Shown in pieces: positions 49,431 through 57,939 of a stretch of 64,000 nt of DNA. A program made the translations under genes and the position numbers. Origin of the DNA: Abditibacteriaceae bacterium (lineage in GTDB: Bacteria > Armatimonadota > Abditibacteriia > Abditibacteriales > Abditibacteriaceae). The stretch's first letter is position 1. Every line of letters begins with the position of its first letter. The stretch is taken from positions 3,072,001-3,136,000 of the forward strand of contig OZ255721.1 of NCBI GenBank assembly GCA_965277285.1, given 5' to 3'. The notes below the pieces were generated by a model, which saw only the letters and a program-made list of their open reading frames with translations, did not search any database and had not been told where the DNA came from.

Positions 49431-49901
49431 ATGACACCTTTTCTCATCATTGTTCTTTGTTTGCTGTCCGCTGCTTTTGTTTTGTTGCCGTTGCGCACGC
49501 GCGCGCAGTCTGCTGATTTCGAGTACTCGAATGGCAGGGAGCAGAACAATCGCAAGCGTTTGATGGAAAAACAAAAGGGTTTGGCGCGCCAGATCAAAGA
49601 CATCGAGTTCGATTATTCGATGGGGAAAATCAACGCCGACGACTACGACCAGTGGCGCGGCGATTTGGATGCGCAACTAACGACAGTCAAAAATCAATTG
49701 CAAAGCGAAGCGACTAAACACACCGCGAATCCTGTGTTTGCGACAGATTTCGACGTTGAAGCCGAAGTACTCATCGCTCGCGCGCGACGCAAGCGCGCTT
49801 TGCAAAATGCTGTTAGCGGCGCAACTTGGACGTGTTCGTGTGGCCGCACGATGAGCGAAAACGACAGGTTTTGTGCGAGTTGCGGCGCGGCGCACGTTTA
49901 A
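49431..49901 (+). CDS. CcmI-N-terminal-like membrane protein with C-terminal zinc ribbon
   Basis: TM, IKDIEFDYSMGKI..DDY, CSCG...FCASCG. Confidence 0.7.
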   Translation: MTPFLIIVLCLLSAAFVLLPLRTRAQSADFEYSNGREQNNRKRLMEKQKGLARQIKDIEFDYSMGKINADDYDQWRGDLDAQLTTVKNQLQSEATKHTANPVFATDFDVEAEVLIARARRKRALQNAVSGATWTCSCGRTMSENDRFCASCGAAHV

Positions 49902-49907
49902 ATTCCA

Positions 49908-49978
49908 CAGAACCCCAAGCGTAAGCGCGGGGCTAACTTAGCTGTAACTTCAACCCCGCGCTTACGCTTGGGGTTCTG
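49908..49978. repeat. REP-like hairpin, family C
   Basis: CAGAACCCCAAGCGTAAGCGCGGGG / CCCCGCGCTTACGCTTGGGGTTCTG. Confidence 0.85.
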
Positions 49979-49992
49979 CAGTTCTTCCATCT

Positions 49993-51273
49993 ATGAGAAA
50001 GTTTTCGCTCCTCTTTATCTTCTTAGTAATATTTGGTGCGCGTGTTCAAGCGGCGACGGTGACTTTTGCGGGAAGTGTCCTTAATGGTTCCGTAGGCGAT
50101 CGCGCGACGCCAGGCGCGACCGTGCAATTGCTTCATGTCAGTCCCGAAGGCGCGAGCCACGACCTGGCGACAGTCAAGACCGATGCGCAGGGACGTTTCA
50201 AGACAAAACCTTTAAGTGTCGCACCGGCTGATTTGATTTTCGCGCGCGTCGATTGGGGCGGCTATCCGTATATTACGCCGGCTTACGATGGCGCGGGGCG
50301 CACTGGCAGCACGATTGATCCGGCCAATTTGCGCTTGCACATTTACGATACGAGCGAAACGGCGCCGCCTGGCATGACGTTTGTGGCGCATCATATCGCC
50401 TTGAAAGACGACGGCGATAATCTGAAATGCACCGAGCGCATCGTCGTTGATAATCCCTCGAACAAAACGTATATCGGAGTGGAGAGTCAGGGCGGGATTA
50501 CACTGGGTTTGTCGCTGCCTAAAGGCGCCAAGAACGTCGAAATCGATCCGTCGATTGCGGACGCAAAATTGATTAAAATTGGCAAGAAACCGATTTACGC
50601 AGTTTCCAAGCCGATTACGCCAACCATTGATGGTGGCCCGATTGGAAACGCGATCATCGTCAATTATTCATTGCCGTGGAGCAAAAGCGTGGATTTGTCG
50701 CGCGAATTGCTGTATCCTGAAAAGTTCTTTTTCGTGGTGCGCGAGGAAGCCGACAAAGACAAGATTCTGGTCGATGCGCCGCTGCTGGGCAAAGACGAAG
50801 TGCAACAAATTCCGATTAACGGGCAAATGCAAAATCGTGTCGTGAAGTCGATTGGTTTGCCGCAAAGCGATACGCCGGTTTTGATGGCCGGACAGCGCAT
50901 GGAGATTCACGTTTCGCGGCCTGTTTCCACCATGATGTGGGGATTTATTGGTTTGACCGCCGCGTTGTGCATTTTTCTGCCGACCTTGATGATTCTGGGA
51001 CGACGCAAAACGGCGCCTATCGAGTACTCGAATGGCGTTTCTACGGCACGAAAAAGCGCGGAACCGCACGGTCAAGCAAGCGTTTACAGCGTCATTCATT
51101 CGCCGGGCCATTCCGGTCAGGATAAAGAAGTTGCCTCGTTGATCGAACAATTGGCCGCTTTGGATGACGATTGGGACGCCGGTCGCATCGAAGCGCAAAC
51201 GTATCAAGCGCGACGCGCGCAGTTGAAACAGCAAGTCGTGGAGCAAATGCAAAAAACAGCGGAAAGCGTTTAA
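49993..51273 (+). CDS. Membrane-anchored protein with carboxypeptidase-regulatory-like domain (ccm-locus associated)
   Basis: Signal peptide, VKTDAQGRF, C-terminal TM and LAALDDDWDAGRI...Y..RRAQLK. Confidence 0.65.
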   Translation: MRKFSLLFIFLVIFGARVQAATVTFAGSVLNGSVGDRATPGATVQLLHVSPEGASHDLATVKTDAQGRFKTKPLSVAPADLIFARVDWGGYPYITPAYDGAGRTGSTIDPANLRLHIYDTSETAPPGMTFVAHHIALKDDGDNLKCTERIVVDNPSNKTYIGVESQGGITLGLSLPKGAKNVEIDPSIADAKLIKIGKKPIYAVSKPITPTIDGGPIGNAIIVNYSLPWSKSVDLSRELLYPEKFFFVVREEADKDKILVDAPLLGKDEVQQIPINGQMQNRVVKSIGLPQSDTPVLMAGQRMEIHVSRPVSTMMWGFIGLTAALCIFLPTLMILGRRKTAPIEYSNGVSTARKSAEPHGQASVYSVIHSPGHSGQDKEVASLIEQLAALDDDWDAGRIEAQTYQARRAQLKQQVVEQMQKTAESV

Positions 51274-51312
51274 CAAATAGTTGTGAAGAAACCGTGAGAA
51301 AGGGAAGAAGAA

Positions 51313-51816
51313 ATGCCGACACGAACATCTCAGAAGACAAGTGACAATAACAGCGCGAGCAGCAATAGCGCGCCTGAAAACGGTGCCAATATGGAAGCGT
51401 CCGCCCGGGAAGCTAAAGTTGTGGAAAGCAAGAACGGCAAAACGAAAATGGCGAACAAGGACATCGAATATTTTCAAGATTTGCTGTTGGCCGAGCGCGT
51501 GCGCTTGGAAGAAGAGCGCGAGCAAATTCGTAGTCGCTCCGGTTCCGTCGATGGCGCCTTGCCCGAAGAAGGCGAGGGCGGCGACGAAGACACCGCAGAT
51601 TTGGCGTCGGCGATGATGGATAAAGAAATGGATTTGTCGGTCGAAGACGAAATCGAAGATTTGCTGGGTGCTGTCGATCACGCTTTGCAGAAGATTAAAG
51701 ATGGCACTTACGGCATTTGCGATATGTCGGGCGAAACGATCCCCAAAGCGCGCCTGGAGCTGATTCCGTGGGCCGCTTTGACCGTTGAATGTCAAGCCCT
51801 TGCCGAAGGTCAGTAA
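51313..51816 (+). CDS. DksA/TraR family protein with a two-Cys finger
   Basis: DTADLA coiled-coil tip; ALQKIKDGTYGICDMSGETIPKARLELIPWAALTVEC. Confidence 0.85.
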   Translation: MPTRTSQKTSDNNSASSNSAPENGANMEASAREAKVVESKNGKTKMANKDIEYFQDLLLAERVRLEEEREQIRSRSGSVDGALPEEGEGGDEDTADLASAMMDKEMDLSVEDEIEDLLGAVDHALQKIKDGTYGICDMSGETIPKARLELIPWAALTVECQALAEGQ

Positions 51817-51873
51817 TGGTGAAGGTCAGTAATGGTGAAAGTCAATAATCAGGAAAGTCAAAATCGTGAAGGT
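51805..51873. repeat. Decaying 16-bp tandem repeat starting in the DksA-like stop
   Basis: GAAGGTCAGTAATGGT x2 then 2-3 diverged units. Confidence 0.75.
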
Positions 51874-52042
51874 TGATAGCCGCTGTTGATCGAGTACTCG
51901 AAACTAAGCAAAGCGCCGCGCAATTCGTCTTGCGCGGCGCTCTTGTTTGCCTGTTTGACGTTGAAAGTTGCCGTCGCAACGCAGACCAGAGACAATAGGC
52001 TTATGTCTTGGCAACGGTTCTAAACGCAAGGTTTCTTTTTTG

Positions 52043-52750
52043 ATGAAGGCTTTTCGCTATTATTTCTGGACGATGGGCGAACCGTGGAACAGCATTCGTT
52101 CCTGGGCGCTACCGCAATTGCTGCGCATTCTGCATTCGCTTTTGATGTGCACACTGCGCATCAGTACGTCGGGCGTGAAGAACTCGATCATTGCCATTAG
52201 CCAGCCGCAGGGCGTCATTTTTGTGACGTGGCACGACCTGACTTTGATGCCGTTGCACTTGTTCCGAGATAAAAATGTCGGCGTGATGATGAGTCATTCG
52301 CGTTCGGGACAAATGCAGGCGGCGTTCTGGCGACTTTACGGCTGGCCGACGTTGTGGGGTTCGACCAAAAAACGTGAGGGCATTCGGGCTGTGCGCGAAA
52401 TGTTGCATTTGTTGCGGGGCGGACAATCGTTCGCTTTTACGCCGGATGGTCCCAAAGGGCCGCGACATCAGGCGTATCCTGGCGTGATTTATATGGCGTC
52501 CAACGCGCCCGCCAAACTGTTGCCGCTGGGCGTCGCGGCTTCGTCTTATTGGCGTCTGCCAACGTGGGACAAATATCTCATTCCCAAGCCTTTCGCGCGT
52601 GTTCACGTTCACATCGGTGACGGAGTCGAATTGCCGACAAATCTTTCGCGCGAAGAAACTGCGCAGTGGCAAGAGCGCGTGAAAATCATGATCGATGAAG
52701 CTTCCGCCGAAGCCGCGCGCCATTTGCAAGTGAAGCGTAGTAATTCGTAG
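52043..52750 (+). CDS. DUF374 / lysophospholipid acyltransferase family protein
   Basis: VTWH, MSHSRSG, WGST, FTPDGPKGP, TWDKYLIPKPF; start uncertain. Confidence 0.85.
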   Translation: MKAFRYYFWTMGEPWNSIRSWALPQLLRILHSLLMCTLRISTSGVKNSIIAISQPQGVIFVTWHDLTLMPLHLFRDKNVGVMMSHSRSGQMQAAFWRLYGWPTLWGSTKKREGIRAVREMLHLLRGGQSFAFTPDGPKGPRHQAYPGVIYMASNAPAKLLPLGVAASSYWRLPTWDKYLIPKPFARVHVHIGDGVELPTNLSREETAQWQERVKIMIDEASAEAARHLQVKRSNS

Positions 52751-52987
52751 ATTTGAGTACTCAATGTCAGGTTTTGCAACTCTGTAAGAGCGAGTTGGCG
52801 CTGGCCAACGGCGCCCGCCCATCAATGAGCGGGCTGAGCAGCAAAGCACCATAAATGGCGCTGATGCGCCACGCTTGAGGCCGCTTTAGCAGTCTTATGT
52901 ATTTAGCCCGTTTATTTATGGGTGGGCAGGTTCGCACTTCGGTCGAACGTATTGTTAGCTTTAACGAACTTTTGAACAGCAATTTTT

Positions 52988-54319
52988 ATGACTTCAACTC
53001 GTGAGCAAAAGCAGCTTCAGGCGGCGCGGCGCATTTTTGAACATCTGGCGACTTCGCTCGATGCCAGGTTTTCCGTCAAATTGTGGGACGGAACCATCAT
53101 CCCGTTGGGAAAAGAAGCCGACCCGAAGTTCTATGTTTCGATCAGCGGGCCGGGCGTTATCGGTTCGATTTTGCGACGCCCGACATTGGACAACCTGCTG
53201 CGCCATTACGCGTCCGGCGCGCTCGACTTCGCGGGTGGCGACCTCATCGAGTTCGGCGAAGTGGCGCGTTCCAAGCGTTCGCGGACGCGCTTGCGCGGTT
53301 TCAGCAAAGGTTTTCTGCTTCGTCAAGCGTTGACGCTTTTGCTGACGCCGCCCGACAAAGCCGAAATTGCGCACGGTTTTGGTTCGGATGTGACGGGACG
53401 GCAGGAAGCGCGCCGCAACAACAAAGACTTCATTCAGTTTCATTACGACGTGAGCAACGAGTTTTATCAACTCTGGCTCGACCCGGAAATGCAGTACTCG
53501 TGCGCTTATTTCCGCGATTGGAACAATTCGCTGGAGCAGGCACAATTGGACAAACTGGAAATGATTTGTCGCAAACTGCGCTTGAAACCCGAAGAAAAAA
53601 TGCTCGACATCGGTTGCGGCTGGGGCGGCTTGATTTGCTACGCGGCGCAACATTATGGCGTCCACGCGCACGGCGTGACGCTGTCGCAGGAGCAACACGA
53701 TTTCGCGCGCGACAAAATCAAGCGTCTGGGTTTGGAAGATCGCGTCACGGTCGAATTGCGTGATTATGCCGAAGTGACCGGCGTTTACGACAAGATTTCC
53801 AGCGTCGGAATGTTCGAGCACATCGGCATCGCCAACTTCCCGACGTATTTCACCAAAGTCAATGAACTGCTGCGCGACAAAGGCGTTTTTCTCAATCATG
53901 GCATCACGCGCCGCGCCAAAGCCGATAAGAAAAACTTCAAGAAAATCACGCCCGCCAAAAGCCTGATTTTGAAACACATTTTTCCAGGTTCCGAACTCAG
54001 TCACGTCGGTCACGTTCAGGAAAGCATGGAAGCGTGCGGCTTTGAAATCCACGATGTCGAAGGTTGGCGCTGGCATTATGGTCTGACGACGCGCGAATGG
54101 TGCCAGCGTTTATCGGCTCGCCGCGAAGAAGCGATTGCCCTCGTCGGCGCCGAACGCTATCGTTTGTGGGTCGCGTATCTGGCGGCTGTCAGCTTCAATT
54201 TTCAGGATGGCCCGCTGCGTTTGTATCAAATTGTCGCCACCAAACACGCCGCTAAAGGCTCTTCGGAAATGCCGCCAACGCGTCAGGATTTATACGTGCG
54301 CAACGGCGAAGTTTGGTAA
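52988..54319 (+). CDS. cfa: Cyclopropane-fatty-acyl-phospholipid synthase family methyltransferase
   Basis: HYDVSNEFY..WLD..MQYSCAYF, LDIGCGWGG, SVGMFEHIG, IFPG. Confidence 0.92.
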   Translation: MTSTREQKQLQAARRIFEHLATSLDARFSVKLWDGTIIPLGKEADPKFYVSISGPGVIGSILRRPTLDNLLRHYASGALDFAGGDLIEFGEVARSKRSRTRLRGFSKGFLLRQALTLLLTPPDKAEIAHGFGSDVTGRQEARRNNKDFIQFHYDVSNEFYQLWLDPEMQYSCAYFRDWNNSLEQAQLDKLEMICRKLRLKPEEKMLDIGCGWGGLICYAAQHYGVHAHGVTLSQEQHDFARDKIKRLGLEDRVTVELRDYAEVTGVYDKISSVGMFEHIGIANFPTYFTKVNELLRDKGVFLNHGITRRAKADKKNFKKITPAKSLILKHIFPGSELSHVGHVQESMEACGFEIHDVEGWRWHYGLTTREWCQRLSARREEAIALVGAERYRLWVAYLAAVSFNFQDGPLRLYQIVATKHAAKGSSEMPPTRQDLYVRNGEVW

Positions 54320-54343
54320 AGAACGAGTACTCGATAAAACATA

Positions 54344-54378
54344 AAAAGCGCGGCGAGATTGGTTTCTCGCCGCGCTTT
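54344..54378. terminator. Bidirectional terminator
   Basis: AAAGCGCGGCGAGA-loop-TCTCGCCGCGCTTT between convergent genes. Confidence 0.75.
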
Positions 54379-54390
54379 GTTGTAACGCTT

Positions 54391-54753
54391 TTAGAACATC
54401 CCGGCGCTGGCATAAGCGGCTAAGGCGAGAGCTGCTATGAAGCAAAGAATGGCAGCGATGATGATGAATAGCCAGCCGCAGCCTACAAACAAAATCAGGT
54501 TTTCTTCTTGCAAAAACCAATTGGTAACTTTGCGCCAGCCGCGAAAATTATCATTCAAAAACGGATCGCCTGCGCCCCAATTCACTACTGGTTTGCCGTT
54601 TTTGTTCGCTTCTGTCGAAGGACGAAGGTCAGCATACTGGTTGATGACCTCAGCAATACGAGGCGCGCTCATCACCTGGCCGCACGCGTAACAAGCGCAA
54701 TTCGTCGAGGAATTGCGCACCATGCAATGTGGACAAAGGACGAAGGTCGCCAT
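54391..54753 (-). CDS. Zinc-ribbon membrane hypothetical protein
   Basis: CPHC...CYAC, C-terminal TM; ATG directly abuts a 12-mer copy. Confidence 0.7.
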   Translation of the reverse strand: MATFVLCPHCMVRNSSTNCACYACGQVMSAPRIAEVINQYADLRPSTEANKNGKPVVNWGAGDPFLNDNFRGWRKVTNWFLQEENLILFVGCGWLFIIIAAILCFIAALALAAYASAGMF

Positions 54754-54789
54754 TCGAGTACTCGATTCGCCGTTTACCGACTTTACCGT

Positions 54790-56274
54790 TTATGGATGTG
54801 GGCGATAAAAGTCGCTGGACAGTTTCTCGGTTGTTTCGCCCGTTGAGGTTTTGATGATGCGAAATGCCTCCGAGCGCGTGCCATTTTTGCGCGATAAAAC
54901 GTGCGACGCGATTTCGATTTGGTTTGAAACCGGCTGCACGCCATACAATTCGACGTGGAAGCGGTCGTTGCGCAGATAAGTGCGCACGTAAATCGGGCCG
55001 GGCGTGTTGTTGCGGAAGCGGAAATCTTTGCTGCCCCAGTAAATTGTGGCGTCGCGCGAGGCGGGCGCATACGAGACGCGAAAAGTGTGCGGATGGCGCT
55101 CGATAATCGGCAGTCCGGCCAGGAGCGCCGCGTTATAAAGCGTCGAAGCGCACTGGCAAATGCCCGAACCGACGCCGTCCACGACTTGACCGTCCATAAA
55201 CATTTTCGCTTCTTTCCAACCGTTGGCTTCGTCGCGGCGTCCAATCGCCAGGTTCGTCGAAAACACTTTGCCCGGCTGAACAATGGTTCCATCGACATTG
55301 CGCGCCGCCAGTTTGAGGTTCGTCGTGCGTCCTGCGATGCTCGAATCGTACGGCGTCGAAAATTCAGCCAGCAAATACGGCGTTTTCTTCAAAAACGGCT
55401 TGTCGCTGGCGTTTCGAGTACTCGATTCGGGCGTTTTGTTGACTGGTGTCGAATCGACATCCAAGTCGACGGCGACGCGCGGCGGGCGCGATTCCAAAGC
55501 CTGACGAATACGCTGCGCCGAACCACCGACCGAAAGCGTCAGTCGCTGCGAACCGCGCGCGAGCGTTCCACCGACCGGCACGATGCCATCGCTGTGACCA
55601 TTGGTGACGCGGTTGACCTGCAACGATAAGGTTCGCAAAGTGCGCGTTGTTTTGTCGGTGTCGACATCGAAGCGCAGCGGAATATCGCGTCTGGTGCGGC
55701 GCGCTTCCAGAATGAGAGCCGCCAGAGGCGCCATCGCGCCCAGCTCGTCGCGGCGCAACATCCAGGTTTTTTGTCCATCGGACAACGCGACCGGAGCGCG
55801 CAACTTCGCTTCGAGTACGCGACGCAATCTCAAGAACGCCTCGCGGTCGCTCAAGCCTTCGATGCTGACGCCGCCAACGCTGGCGCCTTTGGCATTGGAA
55901 GAATTATCGCGCGCCAGATCATCATTCGGACGCGCAGGAATCGGTGCGATTTGCGGCAGCGGCCCGGCGCCGGAGGAAGTATTCGCGTTCGCATTATCGG
56001 TGGCATCGACGTTTGGCGCGTTGCGGCGCAGCGGAATATCGACGTTCGGCGGCGCGATATACGGCGCATCGGCGTCATCGTTGTTATTGGACGCGGTTTG
56101 CGGCGCCGGATTCGGTTTCGACTGGGGCGCGCTGGCTTTTTGTCGCGCTGATGCTTGTGGCGCTGGTGCGGGCAATGGTAACGACGGCGCAGCTTCTGCG
56201 CGCATCGTAAAAGACAACGGCGCAACGGCGAAAGTGGTGGCAACGAGAACGCGGAGGAATGACGAACGCTTCAT
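54790..56274 (-). CDS. VanW family protein
   Basis: RTTNLKLAA, GSGICQCASTLYNAAL, ERHPH, RDATI, DFRFRNNT; signal peptide. Confidence 0.9.
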   Translation of the reverse strand: MKRSSFLRVLVATTFAVAPLSFTMRAEAAPSLPLPAPAPQASARQKASAPQSKPNPAPQTASNNNDDADAPYIAPPNVDIPLRRNAPNVDATDNANANTSSGAGPLPQIAPIPARPNDDLARDNSSNAKGASVGGVSIEGLSDREAFLRLRRVLEAKLRAPVALSDGQKTWMLRRDELGAMAPLAALILEARRTRRDIPLRFDVDTDKTTRTLRTLSLQVNRVTNGHSDGIVPVGGTLARGSQRLTLSVGGSAQRIRQALESRPPRVAVDLDVDSTPVNKTPESSTRNASDKPFLKKTPYLLAEFSTPYDSSIAGRTTNLKLAARNVDGTIVQPGKVFSTNLAIGRRDEANGWKEAKMFMDGQVVDGVGSGICQCASTLYNAALLAGLPIIERHPHTFRVSYAPASRDATIYWGSKDFRFRNNTPGPIYVRTYLRNDRFHVELYGVQPVSNQIEIASHVLSRKNGTRSEAFRIIKTSTGETTEKLSSDFYRPHP

Positions 56275-56603
56275 AAATGTTCCTGCGGAAAAGCAACGAA
56301 ATAACAAGTTTGTCTGGGCATTGAACATTTCAACGGGATGTTCGCGGATGCCAGACGCACAACTTCGAGACGTGTTTCCTCAAGTATAATGAAGCGACTC
56401 TCGGACGCGCTGCGTTTGGGCGCCTTCGATAACTGGAGTTTCTCTGACGCGCAATCGAGTATTGGAACGCTGAAGGCAAACCGGTGACAGTGTTTGTAAG
56501 AAATACGTCTACACGATGTGACCTTTTGAGTAAAGCGAAAACTCAGTCAGTCGCGTTCTCCGCTTCACTCAAAAGAACGGATTGGCGAACAGCGCCAGCC
56601 TTT

Positions 56604-57479
56604 CTATTGCAAATGTAGCGGTTCTATGCCGGCTTTGGCGAAGGTGCCAAAAACGGCTTGCGCGGCTTGAGTTGCGGCTTCGGCGGGCGACAATTTCTTC
56701 AAATCGTCGCTGAAAGTTTCGACTGCGACCGGCCCGTCGTAGCCAATGGCGGCGAGAGTTTGCATAAACGCGTTCAAGTCGATGATGCCTTGGCCGGGCA
56801 GCAGGCGCGTGAAATCCTGCTGTTGGTCAAGCGGCACATTCGGCGCGTCGTTGATGTGAACGTGAACGACCTGCTCAATCGGAATTGACGCCAAATCCAT
56901 CGTCGTGCCGCCGGACGTGAACCAATGAAAACAATCGACCAGCAAGCCGATATTTTCCAGCGTGTAATCTTCTTGAATTTGCGCGACAACATTGAGCGCG
57001 CCCGGAATATCGTAAAACCAGACGTTGTTGGGGTCAGCGCGAAAATGCGCCGGGCCGATGAACTCCAATCCCAGACGAACGCCTTGTTCGCTCAAGACGC
57101 GCCCGATTTCGCCAAAGCGACGAACCGAAGTTTGCGCATATTGAGCGACGGGAACGCCGCCGTCCGGCAAAATGTAGGTTGTGCAACGCGTGCAATCCAA
57201 ATCCTGCGCGAGTTTGGCGAGTTCGGGCAATCGGGCTAAATCGGCTTGAAAGGTGTCTTCATCCTTGCGCCATTCGACGGGCAGGCCGAACACGACCGGC
57301 AAGATTTTCGGTGTTTCAAAAATCGCCGCCACTTCTTCAAACGACGTTCGCGCGACCAGTTGTGCGGCTTCGACAATCGAGTACTCGACGCCGACGAAAC
57401 CGTTTTGCGCCGCCAGTTGTACGAATTGCGGCAAAGCCAGACCGCGACCTGCTGTTGCGCCATTAAGTGTTGGAATCAT
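56604..57479 (-). CDS. Sugar phosphate isomerase/epimerase (TIM barrel)
   Basis: LGLEF, LLVDCFHW, HVHIND, RLLPGQG, GYDGPVAVE. Confidence 0.9.
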   Translation of the reverse strand: MIPTLNGATAGRGLALPQFVQLAAQNGFVGVEYSIVEAAQLVARTSFEEVAAIFETPKILPVVFGLPVEWRKDEDTFQADLARLPELAKLAQDLDCTRCTTYILPDGGVPVAQYAQTSVRRFGEIGRVLSEQGVRLGLEFIGPAHFRADPNNVWFYDIPGALNVVAQIQEDYTLENIGLLVDCFHWFTSGGTTMDLASIPIEQVVHVHINDAPNVPLDQQQDFTRLLPGQGIIDLNAFMQTLAAIGYDGPVAVETFSDDLKKLSPAEAATQAAQAVFGTFAKAGIEPLHLQ

Positions 57480-57564
57480 AAATCATTTTTCCTTTTTATT
57501 TAACCCGATTTGCTGCGCTCGGAATGACACGCTTTTCCTTTCGCACGTTTTCTTCAAGTTTGAC

Positions 57565-57939
57565 TTATGCAGAAGGTCTGTTCAAAATCTGACGAATCCA
57601 TTCACCGGCAATTTGTGCATCTTTTGTGACACGATCACCAATATGATAAACGCCTGGCCCTTTTTCAGAAATTGTGACGAATAAGGCGCGAAGGTCATTA
57701 GAAACTTCGTTGTAGTTTTTGATGTCTTTTTTGAAAAAGCCCAAATGGACATGGGATGTGCATATCCAATGATCGGGAGCGTCAACTTCATCCTCAAGAT
57801 AGCGAATCAAAGCGAGCATTGCGTTTACATCTCGCACGTATGTCTCATCGCCACCGCCAGAAAAATCCCGTTCGTAAATTTCGCTGAAGCGGCCACTTCT
57901 CTTAGCTCCTCCTTGAAACGAAATCAAAGAAAGTTTCAT
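57565..57939 (-). CDS. Hypothetical protein
   Basis: Coupled to the upstream gene (ATGA overlap); AT-richer. Confidence 0.55.
   Translation of the reverse strand: MKLSLISFQGGAKRSGRFSEIYERDFSGGGDETYVRDVNAMLALIRYLEDEVDAPDHWICTSHVHLGFFKKDIKNYNEVSNDLRALFVTISEKGPGVYHIGDRVTKDAQIAGEWIRQILNRPSA

Noticed and set aside
6627..53500. Partial motif matches at 6627 (YFEYY), 34982 (EIEYF), 49766 and 53493 (MQYS)
   Set aside because: Three or more mismatches and explainable by protein sequence; not counted
56389..56487. 32-codon ORF MKRLSDAL
   Set aside because: The ATG overlaps the putative -10 box and lacks an RBS
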